Shown: positions 29,693-41,871 of the stretch, piece after piece
Position numbering within the stretch: position 1 is the stretch's first letter
Layout: each line of letters starts with the position of its first letter
Assembly (NCBI GenBank): GCA_945947035.1
Contig: CAMEXD010000005.1
Span: 3,122 to 67,121 of the forward strand
DNA: 64,000 nt
Direction of reading: 5' to 3'
Source of the DNA: an uncultured Mycoplasma sp.
GTDB taxonomy: Bacteria; Bacillota_I; Bacilli_A; RF39; UBA660
The notes under the pieces: generated by a model
The model's database searches: none
Seen by the model: only the letters and a program-made list of their open reading frames with translations
Told to the model about the DNA's origin: nothing
Made by a program: the position numbers and the translations under genes

Positions 29693-30811
29693 ATGAAATT
29701 TAAAATTAAAAAAAGTATTTTGTTAGATACTCTAAATGATGTATCTAAAGCATTATCATCAAAAAACATTATTCCAATATTATCAGGAATAAAATTTAAT
29801 TTAACAAAGGAAAAACTAGAACTTACTGCATCAGATAATGATATTACAATTAAAACATTTATTGAAAAATCAGATGATCTTGAAATATTTGAAACAGGAA
29901 GTATTGTTATTAAAGGTAAATACATATTAGATATAGTAAGAAAACTAGATGATAGTTTTGTTAATATTGAAAAACTAGATGATTCTAAAGTATTAATCTA
30001 TACAGAAAATAGTGAATTCAATTTAAATGGTATATCAGTTAGTGAATATCCTCCAATTGATTTAGAACTTACAACAGACTTTATAACAATAAATGTTAAT
30101 AAGTTTAAAGAAATTATAAATCAAACAAATTATGCCTCAAGTACTGATGAAGCAAGAGTTGTATTAACAGGACTTAATTTAAAAACAACTGGAGATATTT
30201 TAGAATGTAGTGCAACAGATTCATATCGTTTAGCTCTAAAAAGAGTAAAATTAGAAAAAAGTTTAGAAAATGATATTAATATAATTATTCCAAGTAAAAA
30301 CTTAAATGAATTATATAAGTTATTAACAGAAACTGTTGATGAGAATATCGAATTACATATCTTTAATAATAAAATAATTTGTAAATTTTCTAATATATTA
30401 TTTCAATCAAGATTAATTAATGGAACTTATCCAAATACTACTAATTTAATTCCATCTGAAACTTTATTTGATTTAACAATTAACAAAAGAGATTTTTATA
30501 ATATGGTAGATAGAGCAAGTATTTTAAATAATGATAGAGATAATAATGTCATTACTTTAGAAATTAACAATAAAATGTTAAAAATTACATCTATGTCTTT
30601 AGAAATAGGTAAAGTAGAAGAAAAAATGAGTATTGATTGTGATGAAAAATTCAAAATTTCATTTTCAAGTAGATATATGATGGAAGCTTTAAGAACTATT
30701 ACTACAAATAATGTTGTATTAAGCTTTGTTGGTGAAGTAAAACCAATTCTATTAAAAGAAGAAGAAAATGAAGAATTAATAGGACTTATTTTACCAATTA
30801 GAACTTATTAA
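29693..30811 (+). CDS. dnaN: DNA polymerase III beta sliding clamp
   Basis: 372 aa with three-domain clamp conservation (ILSGIKFNL, ATDSYRLA, LPIRTY end). Directly follows dnaA. Confidence 0.96.
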   Translation: MKFKIKKSILLDTLNDVSKALSSKNIIPILSGIKFNLTKEKLELTASDNDITIKTFIEKSDDLEIFETGSIVIKGKYILDIVRKLDDSFVNIEKLDDSKVLIYTENSEFNLNGISVSEYPPIDLELTTDFITINVNKFKEIINQTNYASSTDEARVVLTGLNLKTTGDILECSATDSYRLALKRVKLEKSLENDINIIIPSKNLNELYKLLTETVDENIELHIFNNKIICKFSNILFQSRLINGTYPNTTNLIPSETLFDLTINKRDFYNMVDRASILNNDRDNNVITLEINNKMLKITSMSLEIGKVEEKMSIDCDEKFKISFSSRYMMEALRTITTNNVVLSFVGEVKPILLKEEENEELIGLILPIRTY

Positions 30812-31004
30812 CAAAATTGTTAAAATCTATAGAAAAATATAATTTTTTTTGATAGAATATATTTTGTTATAAAGGTATATATATTTATAAGTATATATAC
30901 CATGCTTTGTAGTATTTTTTGAAGATTATATATAACATTACTTTTTACTTTAATTATTATAATTATTTTTATTACAAAGCAAAGTAGAAGGGAATGAAGT
31001 ATAT

Positions 31005-31694
31005 ATGAAAGAAAAAAAAGTTGATAATAAGATTTTTGCAAAAGGAATATGTTTTGATAAATTATTTATGATTTTTATAATAGGTTGTCTATTTGGTAAT
31101 TATTATGAAATGATTTTAAATTTAGTAAGACATTTCTTGCAAGATGGATCTATTTTTTGGGAAGTAAGAAGAGGTGTTATATATGGTCCTTTTAGTCCTA
31201 TATATGGAATTGGAGCAGTTATAATGACCTTTTTCTTAGCAGAAAAAGATTATAAATGGTATCAAGTACTATTTTATGGTTCATTTTTAGGTGGAGCTTG
31301 TGAATATATTGTAGGTTTTTTACAAGAAACTTTTGTAGGTACAATTTCCTGGGATTATTCAAATTATTTTTTAGATATAAATGGTAGAACTACTATTCCA
31401 ATTATGTTACTTTGGGGATTATTTTGTTTAATATTTGTAAAATACATTTATCCTCCTATAAGTAGTTTAATTGAGAAAATACCATATAAAATAGGTAAAA
31501 TAGTGTTAAATATATTTGTTGTTTTATTAACATTTGATATGCTTATTTCTTGGACAGCCTTAATAAGACAACACTTAAGAAGAAATAATTATCCTCCATT
31601 AACATTTGTTGGTGAATTTTATGATAAAGTATATACAGATGAAAGATTAAAAAAAGCTTTTCCTAATATGGTAATTCCAGAGGTAAAAAAATGA
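31005..31694 (+). CDS. polytopic membrane protein (putative ABC-transporter type IV / DUF1113-like family)
   Basis: 229 aa with about 6 TM helices. The motif GVIYGPFSPIYGIGAV is typical of that family. Confidence 0.45.
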   Translation: MKEKKVDNKIFAKGICFDKLFMIFIIGCLFGNYYEMILNLVRHFLQDGSIFWEVRRGVIYGPFSPIYGIGAVIMTFFLAEKDYKWYQVLFYGSFLGGACEYIVGFLQETFVGTISWDYSNYFLDINGRTTIPIMLLWGLFCLIFVKYIYPPISSLIEKIPYKIGKIVLNIFVVLLTFDMLISWTALIRQHLRRNNYPPLTFVGEFYDKVYTDERLKKAFPNMVIPEVKK

Positions 31695-32920
31695 TGTTAA
31701 AGATTTCAATCTTTTTTTTAGCAATAGGTTTATTGCTATTTTTTTCTAAGATAATTGCTCAAAAAAATAATCGTAATTTTCCTAAAAAATATAGAAAACA
31801 AAATCATAATTTTTGTATTTTAATACCAGCACGTGATGAATCTAAAGTAATTGAAGATTTATTTATAAGTATTAAAAATCAAACCCAAAAAATAAATATG
31901 AGTGATGTCTATGTAATTGTAGAAAAAAAAGAAGATCCTACGATAAAAATAGCAGAAAAATATGGAGTTAGTGTTGTAATTAGAAAAGAACTTGATAAAC
32001 AAAGAAAAGGTTATGCTTTAATGGAAGCAATAGATGATATTTTAAAAAATAATAAAGATTATGGAGCATATTTTATATTTGATGCTGATAACATTTTAGA
32101 TAAGAATTATCTAAAAGAAATGAAAAAAACTTATGATGAAGGTTATGATATTGGTATTGGTTATAGAAATAGTAAAAATGGTAATGAAAATGCTGTTGCT
32201 GCTTGTTCTAGTTTAATTTTTACGATAATAAATACCATAGGAAATCAAAATAAAACAGAAAAAAGTGTTAATTCAACAGTATCTGGTACAGGATTTTATA
32301 TAAGAGGAAATTGGATTAAAAAGTGGAAAACATATCCATTTCATACTTTAACTGAAGATTATGAACTTTCTTTATATGGAGTTGTTAACAATTTAACTAC
32401 TTATTATAATACAGATGCTATTTATTATGATGAACAACCTACTAGTTATAAACAATATAAAACCCAAAGAGTTAGATGGATAAAAGGATATTTTGAAGCA
32501 AGAAAAAAATATTTAAAGAATTTGTTAAAATATCTTAGATTTAATAATCCTAATTATGGATCTATTTATAATACTTTAATAGGAGTTTGGGATTTAATAT
32601 TTATAATTATTGGTAGTGTTTTAATAGTTATTGATCAAATAATAAAGATGGTTTCAGGAACAAATCCATTAATGATAATAGTTAGAGTACTGATTTTATT
32701 TATATTTTTATACCTTATTTTAATTTTATTTACAGTTTGGCTTTTATACAAAGAAGAAGAAAGATTTAATTTAACTTGGAGTATAAAACTTAAAACAATA
32801 TTTTTACATCCACTTTTATTACTTGCTTATATTCCTTGTGCTATAGAAGCTTTACTAACTAAAGATTTAAAATGGAAAGTTATTGAACATAATAAAACAA
32901 AAGAAAATTCTTTAAAATAG
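31691..32920 (+). CDS. membrane-embedded family-2 glycosyltransferase, processive-synthase type
   Basis: ILIPARDES, DxD (FDADN), TEDYELS and QxxRW (TQRVRWIKG) motifs, plus C-terminal TM helices. Its start overlaps the upstream gene. Confidence 0.75.
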   Translation: MMLKISIFFLAIGLLLFFSKIIAQKNNRNFPKKYRKQNHNFCILIPARDESKVIEDLFISIKNQTQKINMSDVYVIVEKKEDPTIKIAEKYGVSVVIRKELDKQRKGYALMEAIDDILKNNKDYGAYFIFDADNILDKNYLKEMKKTYDEGYDIGIGYRNSKNGNENAVAACSSLIFTIINTIGNQNKTEKSVNSTVSGTGFYIRGNWIKKWKTYPFHTLTEDYELSLYGVVNNLTTYYNTDAIYYDEQPTSYKQYKTQRVRWIKGYFEARKKYLKNLLKYLRFNNPNYGSIYNTLIGVWDLIFIIIGSVLIVIDQIIKMVSGTNPLMIIVRVLILFIFLYLILILFTVWLLYKEEERFNLTWSIKLKTIFLHPLLLLAYIPCAIEALLTKDLKWKVIEHNKTKENSLK

Positions 32921-33002
32921 GAACTTGGTTCTTATTTTTTTATTTGAAAAAAAATAAAATAAGTATTATACTTGTTAATATAATTAAAAGAAAGGAAGAT
33001 TT

Positions 33003-33650
33003 ATGAAAAATAATATTTATACAAGAGTTTTTGGATTATTATTTTTAGGAGTATTTGTTTCATTTTTAACAGGATACTTTCTATCACTTAATCCAAGTTT
33101 AGTTTTAAAAGTAATGAGTGGAGGATATCTTTTTACTTTAGTTATCTTAGAACTTGCTGTTGTAATCATATTTAGCTTACTTATTAAGAAAATGAATAAG
33201 TATTTAGCATATTTTTGTTATTTTCTTTATTCAATATTAACTGGTTTTACGCTATCTGTAATCTTTTTAGCTTATTCACTTAACTCAATATTACTTGTAT
33301 TATTATTAACATCAATTACTTTTGCTATATTTGCTTTATATGGATACTTTACAAAAAGAGATTTATCTAGTTGGGGAATATATTTATTTGTAGTTTTAAT
33401 TGGAATAATAGTTGCTAGTTTAATTAATATTTTCTTAGGTAATACAACTCTTGATTTAATTATATCAATAGTAGGAGTTTTAGTATTTGTTTTATATGTA
33501 GCATATGATGTTAATAGAGTTATTCCTATGTCTAGTTATATATTAGATGAAGAAAAAGGTGCAATATATGGTGCTTTTCAAGTTTATTTAGATTTTATTA
33601 ACATATTCTTAGATTTAATTAGAATTTTTGGCAAAAATAATGATAATTAG
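33003..33650 (+). CDS. Bax inhibitor-1/YccA family membrane protein
   Basis: 215 aa with 7 TM helices. C-terminal signature GAIYGAFQVYLDFINIFLDLIRIFG. Confidence 0.85.
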   Translation: MKNNIYTRVFGLLFLGVFVSFLTGYFLSLNPSLVLKVMSGGYLFTLVILELAVVIIFSLLIKKMNKYLAYFCYFLYSILTGFTLSVIFLAYSLNSILLVLLLTSITFAIFALYGYFTKRDLSSWGIYLFVVLIGIIVASLINIFLGNTTLDLIISIVGVLVFVLYVAYDVNRVIPMSSYILDEEKGAIYGAFQVYLDFINIFLDLIRIFGKNNDN

Positions 33651-33716
33651 ACAAGTTTCGACAACAAAATATATTATGATTTATTCATAGTATATTTTTT
33701 TTAGGGGGAATTTTTT

Positions 33717-34172
33717 ATGAATTATGAAATTAATAGTGAAACTTTAGCACTTTTACCCATTGGTAAAAGTAAAACAAAAATACTAGAACAAACAAATAAT
33801 TATGTAATTAAAAAACCAATAACTGAAGTTTTAGATACGAGTTGTCATTATTTTGGCAGTAGTTTTAAAGGTAGAGTAGAAGGAACCAAAAATATGATTG
33901 GTTCTGTTTATAAAGTCCCAATAATTATTGAAGAATCAGCAAATATTATCTTTTTTCCAACTATGTCACCAGACTTAAAAAATAATATATGGGTATCATT
34001 AAATAATATTTTAAAATGTGAGCCAAATAATAATAAAACTATTATTTATTTTAAAAATAATAAAAAAATAGAAGTAAATGTTCCCTATTTATCGATTTCA
34101 AAACAAATTGTAAGATCTAATCTTTTAAAAACAATATCTACGAATAGAAAAATATTAAAAAACGAACAATAA
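33717..34172 (+). CDS. comK: ComK-family competence transcription factor
   Basis: YEINSETLALLP...SCHYFGSSFKGRVEGTKNMIG...KVPIIIEES.NIIFFPTMSP matches the ComK family pattern. Confidence 0.75.
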   Translation: MNYEINSETLALLPIGKSKTKILEQTNNYVIKKPITEVLDTSCHYFGSSFKGRVEGTKNMIGSVYKVPIIIEESANIIFFPTMSPDLKNNIWVSLNNILKCEPNNNKTIIYFKNNKKIEVNVPYLSISKQIVRSNLLKTISTNRKILKNEQ

Positions 34173-34259
34173 ATTAAAGTTTATTGCTTTTTTCGACTTA
34201 TTTTGTGGTATAATTAGTATGTAAGTAGTGGAGTACTAGTTTAGGGGAGTTGAAGCAAA

Positions 34260-34285
34260 ATGGAGCATTTATTTATTAAAAAAAC

Positions 34286-34289
<4 letters not shown>
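34260..34289 (+). CDS. 9-codon upstream ORF (MEHLFIKKT) translationally coupled to recF
   Basis: GGGGAG RBS 11 nt upstream. Its TGA overlaps the recF ATG (ATGA). recF itself has no recognisable SD sequence. Confidence 0.35.
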
Positions 34290-37301
<3,012 letters not shown>

Positions 37302-37310
37302 GAGGTATAT

Positions 37311-39767
37311 ATGGATAATTTAGAAAAAAATAATATAGTAAAAGAAGTAAAAGACTCTTTCTTAGATTATTCAATGAGTGTTATTGTTGCTCGTGCACTT
37401 CCTGATTTAAGAGATGGATTAAAACCAGTTCACAGAAGAATTTTATATTCTATGTATGAATCTGGTTATACTCCTGATAAACCACATAAAAAAAGTGCTA
37501 GAATAGTCGGAGATGTTATGGGTAAATATCATCCTCATGGTGATAGTTCTATCTATGAAGCAATGGTTAGAATGGCTCAAGATTTTTCATATCGTTATAT
37601 GTTAGTTGATGGTCATGGTAACTTTGGTAATATTGAAGGATATGGAGCTGCAGCAATGCGTTATACTGAATCAAGACTTTCTAAAATTTCACTTGAACTT
37701 TTAAGAAATATTAACAAAGATACTGTTGATTTTGAACCAAATTTTGATGAATCTGAACAAGAACCAAAAGTATTACCATCAAGATTTCCAAACATTTTAG
37801 TTAATGGAACAATGGGAATTGCCGTTGGTATGGCAACAAATATTCCACCACACAATTTAGGAGAAGTAATTGATGGTTGTGTTGCCTATATTGATAATCC
37901 TGATATCGATGTAAATGGACTTATGAAATTTATTAAAGGTCCAGATTTTCCAACAGGAGCAACAATTTTAGGTAATAGTGGTATTAAAAAGGCCTATGAA
38001 ACAGGAAGAGGTAGTATAACAATAAGAAGTAAAGCAACAATAGAGGAAAAAAATGGAAAACATTATATTGTAATAAATGAAGTTCCTTATGGTATTAATA
38101 CTATGGAATTAAAAAATAAAGTTGCTGAGCTTGTCCATAATAAAACAATTGATGGTATAACTGATTATCATTCTGATTTAAAAGATGGCATTAAAATAAC
38201 CATTAGTTTAAAAAAAGATGCTAATCCTCAAGTTGTTTTAAATAAATTATATAAACATACTGCATTTCAAACAACTTATGGAATTATATTCTTAATGTTA
38301 GATCAAGGTGTTCCAAAAACTTTAGGATTAAAGGATATAATTTCAAAATATATTGATTTTCAAAGAGAAATTATTATTAGAAGAACTAAATTTGATTTAA
38401 ATAAAGCACAAGCGAGAGTTCATATTTTAGAAGGATTAAAAATAGCTTTAGATCATATTGACGAAGTAATTAAATTAATTCGTGGTTCTAAATCTGATGA
38501 AGAAGCAAAAGCTAGTTTAATGAGTAAATTTGGTTTAAGTGATGTTCAATCTGATGCTATATTAGAAATGAAATTACGTCGTTTAACTGGATTGGAAAGA
38601 GATAAAATTGAAAGTGAATTACAAGAATTATTAAAATTAATCGAAGAATTAACTGAAATTTTAGCTAGTGATTCTAAGGTACTTGGAATTATTAAGAAGG
38701 AATTATTAGAAATAAAGGATAAATATGGTGATGAACGTCGTACTAATATTGATATGACTGCAATTGACTATATTGAAGATGAATCATTAATTCCAAATGA
38801 AAAAATAATGATTTCATTAACAAGTAAAGGTTATATTAAAAGATTATTAGTAAATACTTATAAATCACAAAATAGAGGTGGTGTTGGTATTAAGGGAATG
38901 ACTACTAATGAAGAAGATTATGTTGAACAATTAGTAACTTGTGATTCACATGATTATCTATTATTCTTTAGTAATTATGGCAAAGTATATCGTATAAAAG
39001 GATATGAAATACCAGAGTTTAGTAGACAATCTAAGGGAATACCAATAATTAATCTATTATCATTAGAAAAAAATGAAGTAATTAATTCTATTGTTTCTTA
39101 TTCTGAAACTGATGAAGATAAACCATTTAGTTTAATATTTTTTACAAAGAAAGGTTTAGTAAAAAGAACTGCTACTGAAGAGTTTGAACTTATTAGAAAA
39201 ACTGGAAAATTAGCAATTTCATTAAAAGATGATGATGAGTTAATTAGTGTAAGAAAAACAAATGGTAATAATGAAGTAATTATGGCATCAAATACTGGAA
39301 GAATGGTTAGATTTAATGAAAATGAAGTTCGTTTAATGGGAAGAATAGCTTCAGGAGTAAAAGGAATTGAACTAAAAGAAGATGAAAAGGTAATTGGTGC
39401 AGAAATTGTTAATAATGATCAAAAGATATTAATTGTAACAGAAAAAGGTTATGGAAAGAAAACTAATGTAGATGAATATCGTTTAACTCACAGAGGTAGC
39501 AAAGGAGTTAAGGGATTAAATATTACTGATAAAAATGGTTATATTATTGCATTTAAATCAACTGATGGAGATGAAGATGCAATTATAACAACAAATAATG
39601 GTATTGTAATAAGATTAGATGTTGATAAAATTTCAACATTAAAAAGAAATACTCAAGGCGTAAGACTTATATCATTAAAGGAAAATCAAACTGTTACAAC
39701 AGTTACATTAACTGCAAAAGAACAAGAAGAAGAATTAGTTGAAGATATTAATTCTGAAAATGAGTAA
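37311..39767 (+). CDS. gyrA: DNA gyrase subunit A
   Basis: [18 protein letters not shown], the QRDR segment [17 protein letters not shown] and active-site AAAMRYTE. Confidence 0.98.
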   Translation: MDNLEKNNIVKEVKDSFLDYSMSVIVARALPDLRDGLKPVHRRILYSMYESGYTPDKPHKKSARIVGDVMGKYHPHGDSSIYEAMVRMAQDFSYRYMLVDGHGNFGNIEGYGAAAMRYTESRLSKISLELLRNINKDTVDFEPNFDESEQEPKVLPSRFPNILVNGTMGIAVGMATNIPPHNLGEVIDGCVAYIDNPDIDVNGLMKFIKGPDFPTGATILGNSGIKKAYETGRGSITIRSKATIEEKNGKHYIVINEVPYGINTMELKNKVAELVHNKTIDGITDYHSDLKDGIKITISLKKDANPQVVLNKLYKHTAFQTTYGIIFLMLDQGVPKTLGLKDIISKYIDFQREIIIRRTKFDLNKAQARVHILEGLKIALDHIDEVIKLIRGSKSDEEAKASLMSKFGLSDVQSDAILEMKLRRLTGLERDKIESELQELLKLIEELTEILASDSKVLGIIKKELLEIKDKYGDERRTNIDMTAIDYIEDESLIPNEKIMISLTSKGYIKRLLVNTYKSQNRGGVGIKGMTTNEEDYVEQLVTCDSHDYLLFFSNYGKVYRIKGYEIPEFSRQSKGIPIINLLSLEKNEVINSIVSYSETDEDKPFSLIFFTKKGLVKRTATEEFELIRKTGKLAISLKDDDELISVRKTNGNNEVIMASNTGRMVRFNENEVRLMGRIASGVKGIELKEDEKVIGAEIVNNDQKILIVTEKGYGKKTNVDEYRLTHRGSKGVKGLNITDKNGYIIAFKSTDGDEDAIITTNNGIVIRLDVDKISTLKRNTQGVRLISLKENQTVTTVTLTAKEQEEELVEDINSENE

Positions 39768-39777
39768 TTAAATACAA

Positions 39778-39793
39778 TGTTCCACGTGGAACA
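39778..39793. promoter_or_regulatory. parS: parS site 1 (perfect palindrome TGTTCCACGTGGAACA)
   Basis: Exact 16-mer, extended to the palindrome ACAATGTTCCACGTGGAACATTGT. Lies 11 nt after the gyrA stop. Confidence 0.85.
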
Positions 39794-39801
39794 TTGTATC
39801 T

Positions 39802-39850
39802 GGTCAATTGATGTATTAAAAACAAATCAATTGACCTTTATTTTTTTATT
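39802..39850 (+). terminator. gyrA intrinsic terminator
   Basis: GGTCAATTGAT-N13-ATCAATTGACC followed by TTTATTTTTTTATT. Confidence 0.8.
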
Positions 39851-39888
39851 TAATAAATAATATATAATGAAAAGTCAATCAAACATAA

Positions 39889-39904
39889 TGTTCCACGTGG
39901 AACA
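39889..39904. promoter_or_regulatory. parS: parS site 2
   Basis: Exact TGTTCCACGTGGAACA within the 20-bp palindrome AATGTTCCACGTGGAACATT. Confidence 0.85.
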
Positions 39905-39955
39905 TTATGTTATTATTTTAATTTAATATATAAGACAATTATAATTATGTGTCAA

Positions 39956-39971
39956 TGTTCCACGTGGAACA
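39956..39971. promoter_or_regulatory. parS: parS site 3
   Basis: Exact 16-mer. The extended palindrome is GTCAATGTTCCACGTGGAACATTGAC. Confidence 0.85.
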
Positions 39972-40061
39972 TTGACATTAAACTATTATTTATTAAGCTA
40001 TATTAATGTAATTTATTAGATTTATATATATAAAAATCAATTTAATGTTATTAAAGTATAA

Positions 40062-40077
40062 TGTTCCACGTGGAACA
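40062..40077. promoter_or_regulatory. parS: parS site 4
   Basis: Exact 16-mer within AATGTTCCACGTGGAACATT. Confidence 0.85.
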
Positions 40078-40097
40078 TTGAAATAAATATATTTTAT

Positions 40098-40126
40098 TTG
40101 ACAAATAATTAATAATAATATAGAAT
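40098..40126 (+). promoter_or_regulatory. sigma-A-type promoter of ffs
   Basis: TTGACA (40098-40103), a 17-nt spacer, then TAGAAT (40121-40126). The predicted start is about 40132-40134. Confidence 0.6.
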
Positions 40127-40132
40127 TTATAT

Positions 40133-40212
40133 TGTGCAACACAAATGTTAGAACCAGGTCAGAATCGGAAGATAGCAGCCTTAATAACCCCTTTGTGTGT
40201 GCACTTTTTTTT
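40133..40212 (+). ncRNA. ffs: small (4.5S-like, ~72 nt) signal recognition particle RNA with T-run
   Basis: Domain IV core ACCAGGUCAGAAUC-GGAA-GAUAGCAGCC matches the conserved SRP RNA motif (E. coli ACCAGGUCAGGUCCGGAAGGAAGCAGCC). The closing helix is GUGCAACACAAA / UUUGUGUGUGCAC, followed by T8. Confidence 0.85.
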
Positions 40213-40221
40213 GAGGTAATT

Positions 40222-40629
40222 ATGGAAGAAAAATACGTTGAAAAATTATTATTAAAATGCAAAAAAGCAATAAAAACAGGTAATATTCCTATAAGTGCAT
40301 TAATTGTAAAAAATAATAAAATTATATCAATTGCTTATAATAAAAAAGAAACTAGTAATATTTCACTAGATCATGCAGAAATTATTGCAATAAAAAAAGC
40401 TTGTAAAAAATTAAAGACTTGGAGATTAGATGATTGTGTATTATATACAACCTTAAAACCATGCAAAATGTGTGAAGGTGCAATAATTGAATCTAGAATA
40501 AAAAAAGTATATTATTTATTAGAATCAAATTACTATAAAAATAATTATGATATATCTTATGAAAAATTAAAATTAAAAAATAATTATGATAAAATATTAA
40601 AAGATTTTTTTGCTAATATTAGAAAGTGA
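40222..40629 (+). CDS. tadA: tRNA-specific adenosine deaminase TadA
   Basis: CDA zinc motifs HAEIIAI and PCKMCEGAI. The start was set at MEEKYVE behind GAGGTAAT. The listed longer ORF (from 40132) runs through ffs. Confidence 0.9.
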   Translation: MEEKYVEKLLLKCKKAIKTGNIPISALIVKNNKIISIAYNKKETSNISLDHAEIIAIKKACKKLKTWRLDDCVLYTTLKPCKMCEGAIIESRIKKVYYLLESNYYKNNYDISYEKLKLKNNYDKILKDFFANIRK

Positions 40630-40632
40630 CAA

Positions 40633-40648
40633 TGTTCCACGTGGAACA
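40633..40648. promoter_or_regulatory. parS: parS site 5
   Basis: Exact TGTTCCACGTGGAACA, 4 nt after the tadA stop. Confidence 0.85.
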
Positions 40649-40722
40649 TTGAAAATTACACAATAGTTAACAAGTTCCGAAAAGTGTGCTATCAATACAA
40701 AAAGGTGGAGATAATCGCCAAT

Positions 40723-40738
40723 TATTTCCCGGGAAATA
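40723..40738. promoter_or_regulatory. NBS-like site 1 (TATTTCCCGGGAAATA)
   Basis: Exact match to the palindromic Noc-binding site (core ATTTCCCGGGAAAT). Sits within the 22-bp palindrome AATTATTTCCCGGGAAATAATT. Confidence 0.75.
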
Positions 40739-41024
40739 ATTTTTGCTATATTAAAATGCTTTAATATATAAAATAATGATTTTAAAAAAATAAAATTTTA
40801 ATAGTTAATATTAACATATCAATATAAAATAATAATATGTTATTTTAAAATTATTTGTTTATATTTTTAAATTTTTTGCTATGTTAACAATAATGTTATT
40901 TTAGATGTTATAGGTATTATAAATTCTAATTTATTAATATTTATAATTTAAAAACAATTAACTAAATGCTAACAAGTTCTAAAAAATGTGTTGTCAATAC
41001 AAAAAAGTGGACAAAATCGCCAAT

Positions 41025-41040
41025 TATTTCCCGGGAAATA
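41025..41040. promoter_or_regulatory. NBS-like site 2
   Basis: Exact TATTTCCCGGGAAATA, 302 bp after site 1. Confidence 0.75.
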
Positions 41041-41300
41041 ATTTTTATTATAAATTGATTATATTTTAATTAATGCTTTTTTATATTATTATTGTTAATA
41101 AAAATGTACAATACTATATAAACATTAAAATAATAATTACAGCTTTAGATCAAAATTAAACTGCCTATTATTTATTCAATAAAATTAACATTGATTTTTG
41201 CTATATTAACTATAGTTAATTTTAAAAAAGCAATTAACCAATTGCTAATAAATTCTAAAAAATGTATTGACAATACAAAAAAGTGGAGAAAATTGCCAAT

Positions 41301-41316
41301 TATTTCCCGGGAAATA
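41301..41316. promoter_or_regulatory. NBS-like site 3
   Basis: Exact TATTTCCCGGGAAATA, 276 bp after site 2. Confidence 0.75.
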
Positions 41317-41560
41317 ATTTTTGCTGGGAAAATATATAATAAATATTAAAAAATATTAATAACAATAATTAATGTATATATACAAAATGGTTATTAATTA
41401 ATATTACAAATATTAATTGTTATTGATGTATTATAAACTATCTTATTTACTAAAATATTGTTATAAAATGAAGCTTTATAATTTTAAAATTAATTAGCTA
41501 AATGTTAACAGATTCTAAAAAATGTATTGACAATACAAAAAAGTGGAGAAAATCGCCAAT

Positions 41561-41576
41561 TATTTCCCGGGAAATA
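41561..41576. promoter_or_regulatory. NBS-like site 4
   Basis: Exact TATTTCCCGGGAAATA, 260 bp after site 3. Confidence 0.75.
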
Positions 41577-41855
41577 ATTTTTGCTAGGGAAATATTTTAA
41601 TATTTAAAGTATTGGTTTGAAAAAATTGATTTTATTTAATAGTTAATATCAATATAAAATAATAATATTTTATTTTAAAATTATTTGTTTATATTCTTAA
41701 ATATTTTATTATGTTAACAATAATGATATTTTAGACATTATACATATTATAAATTCTAAATTATTGATATTTATAAATCAAAATTTAATTAACCAAATGT
41801 TAATATGTTCTAAAAAATGTATTGACAATACAAAAAAGTGGAGAAAATTGCCAAT

Positions 41856-41871
41856 TATTTCCCGGGAAATA
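41856..41871. promoter_or_regulatory. NBS-like site 5
   Basis: Exact TATTTCCCGGGAAATA, 295 bp after site 4 and about 100 bp upstream of dnaX. Confidence 0.75.

Noticed and set aside
40132-40221. N-terminal extension of the listed 165-aa ORF (40132-40629).
   Set aside because: This stretch encodes the SRP RNA hairpin and its T-run. The real tadA start is the ATG at 40222, behind a GAGG RBS.
39778-41871. The parS and NBS palindromes are merely intrinsic terminators.
   Set aside because: This is not fully excluded for the NBS hairpins, which carry a T-run. However, exact 16/16 matches to the two known ParB-family sites, five times each, are very unlikely by chance. The parS copies also lack T-runs, and gyrA has its own separate terminator.
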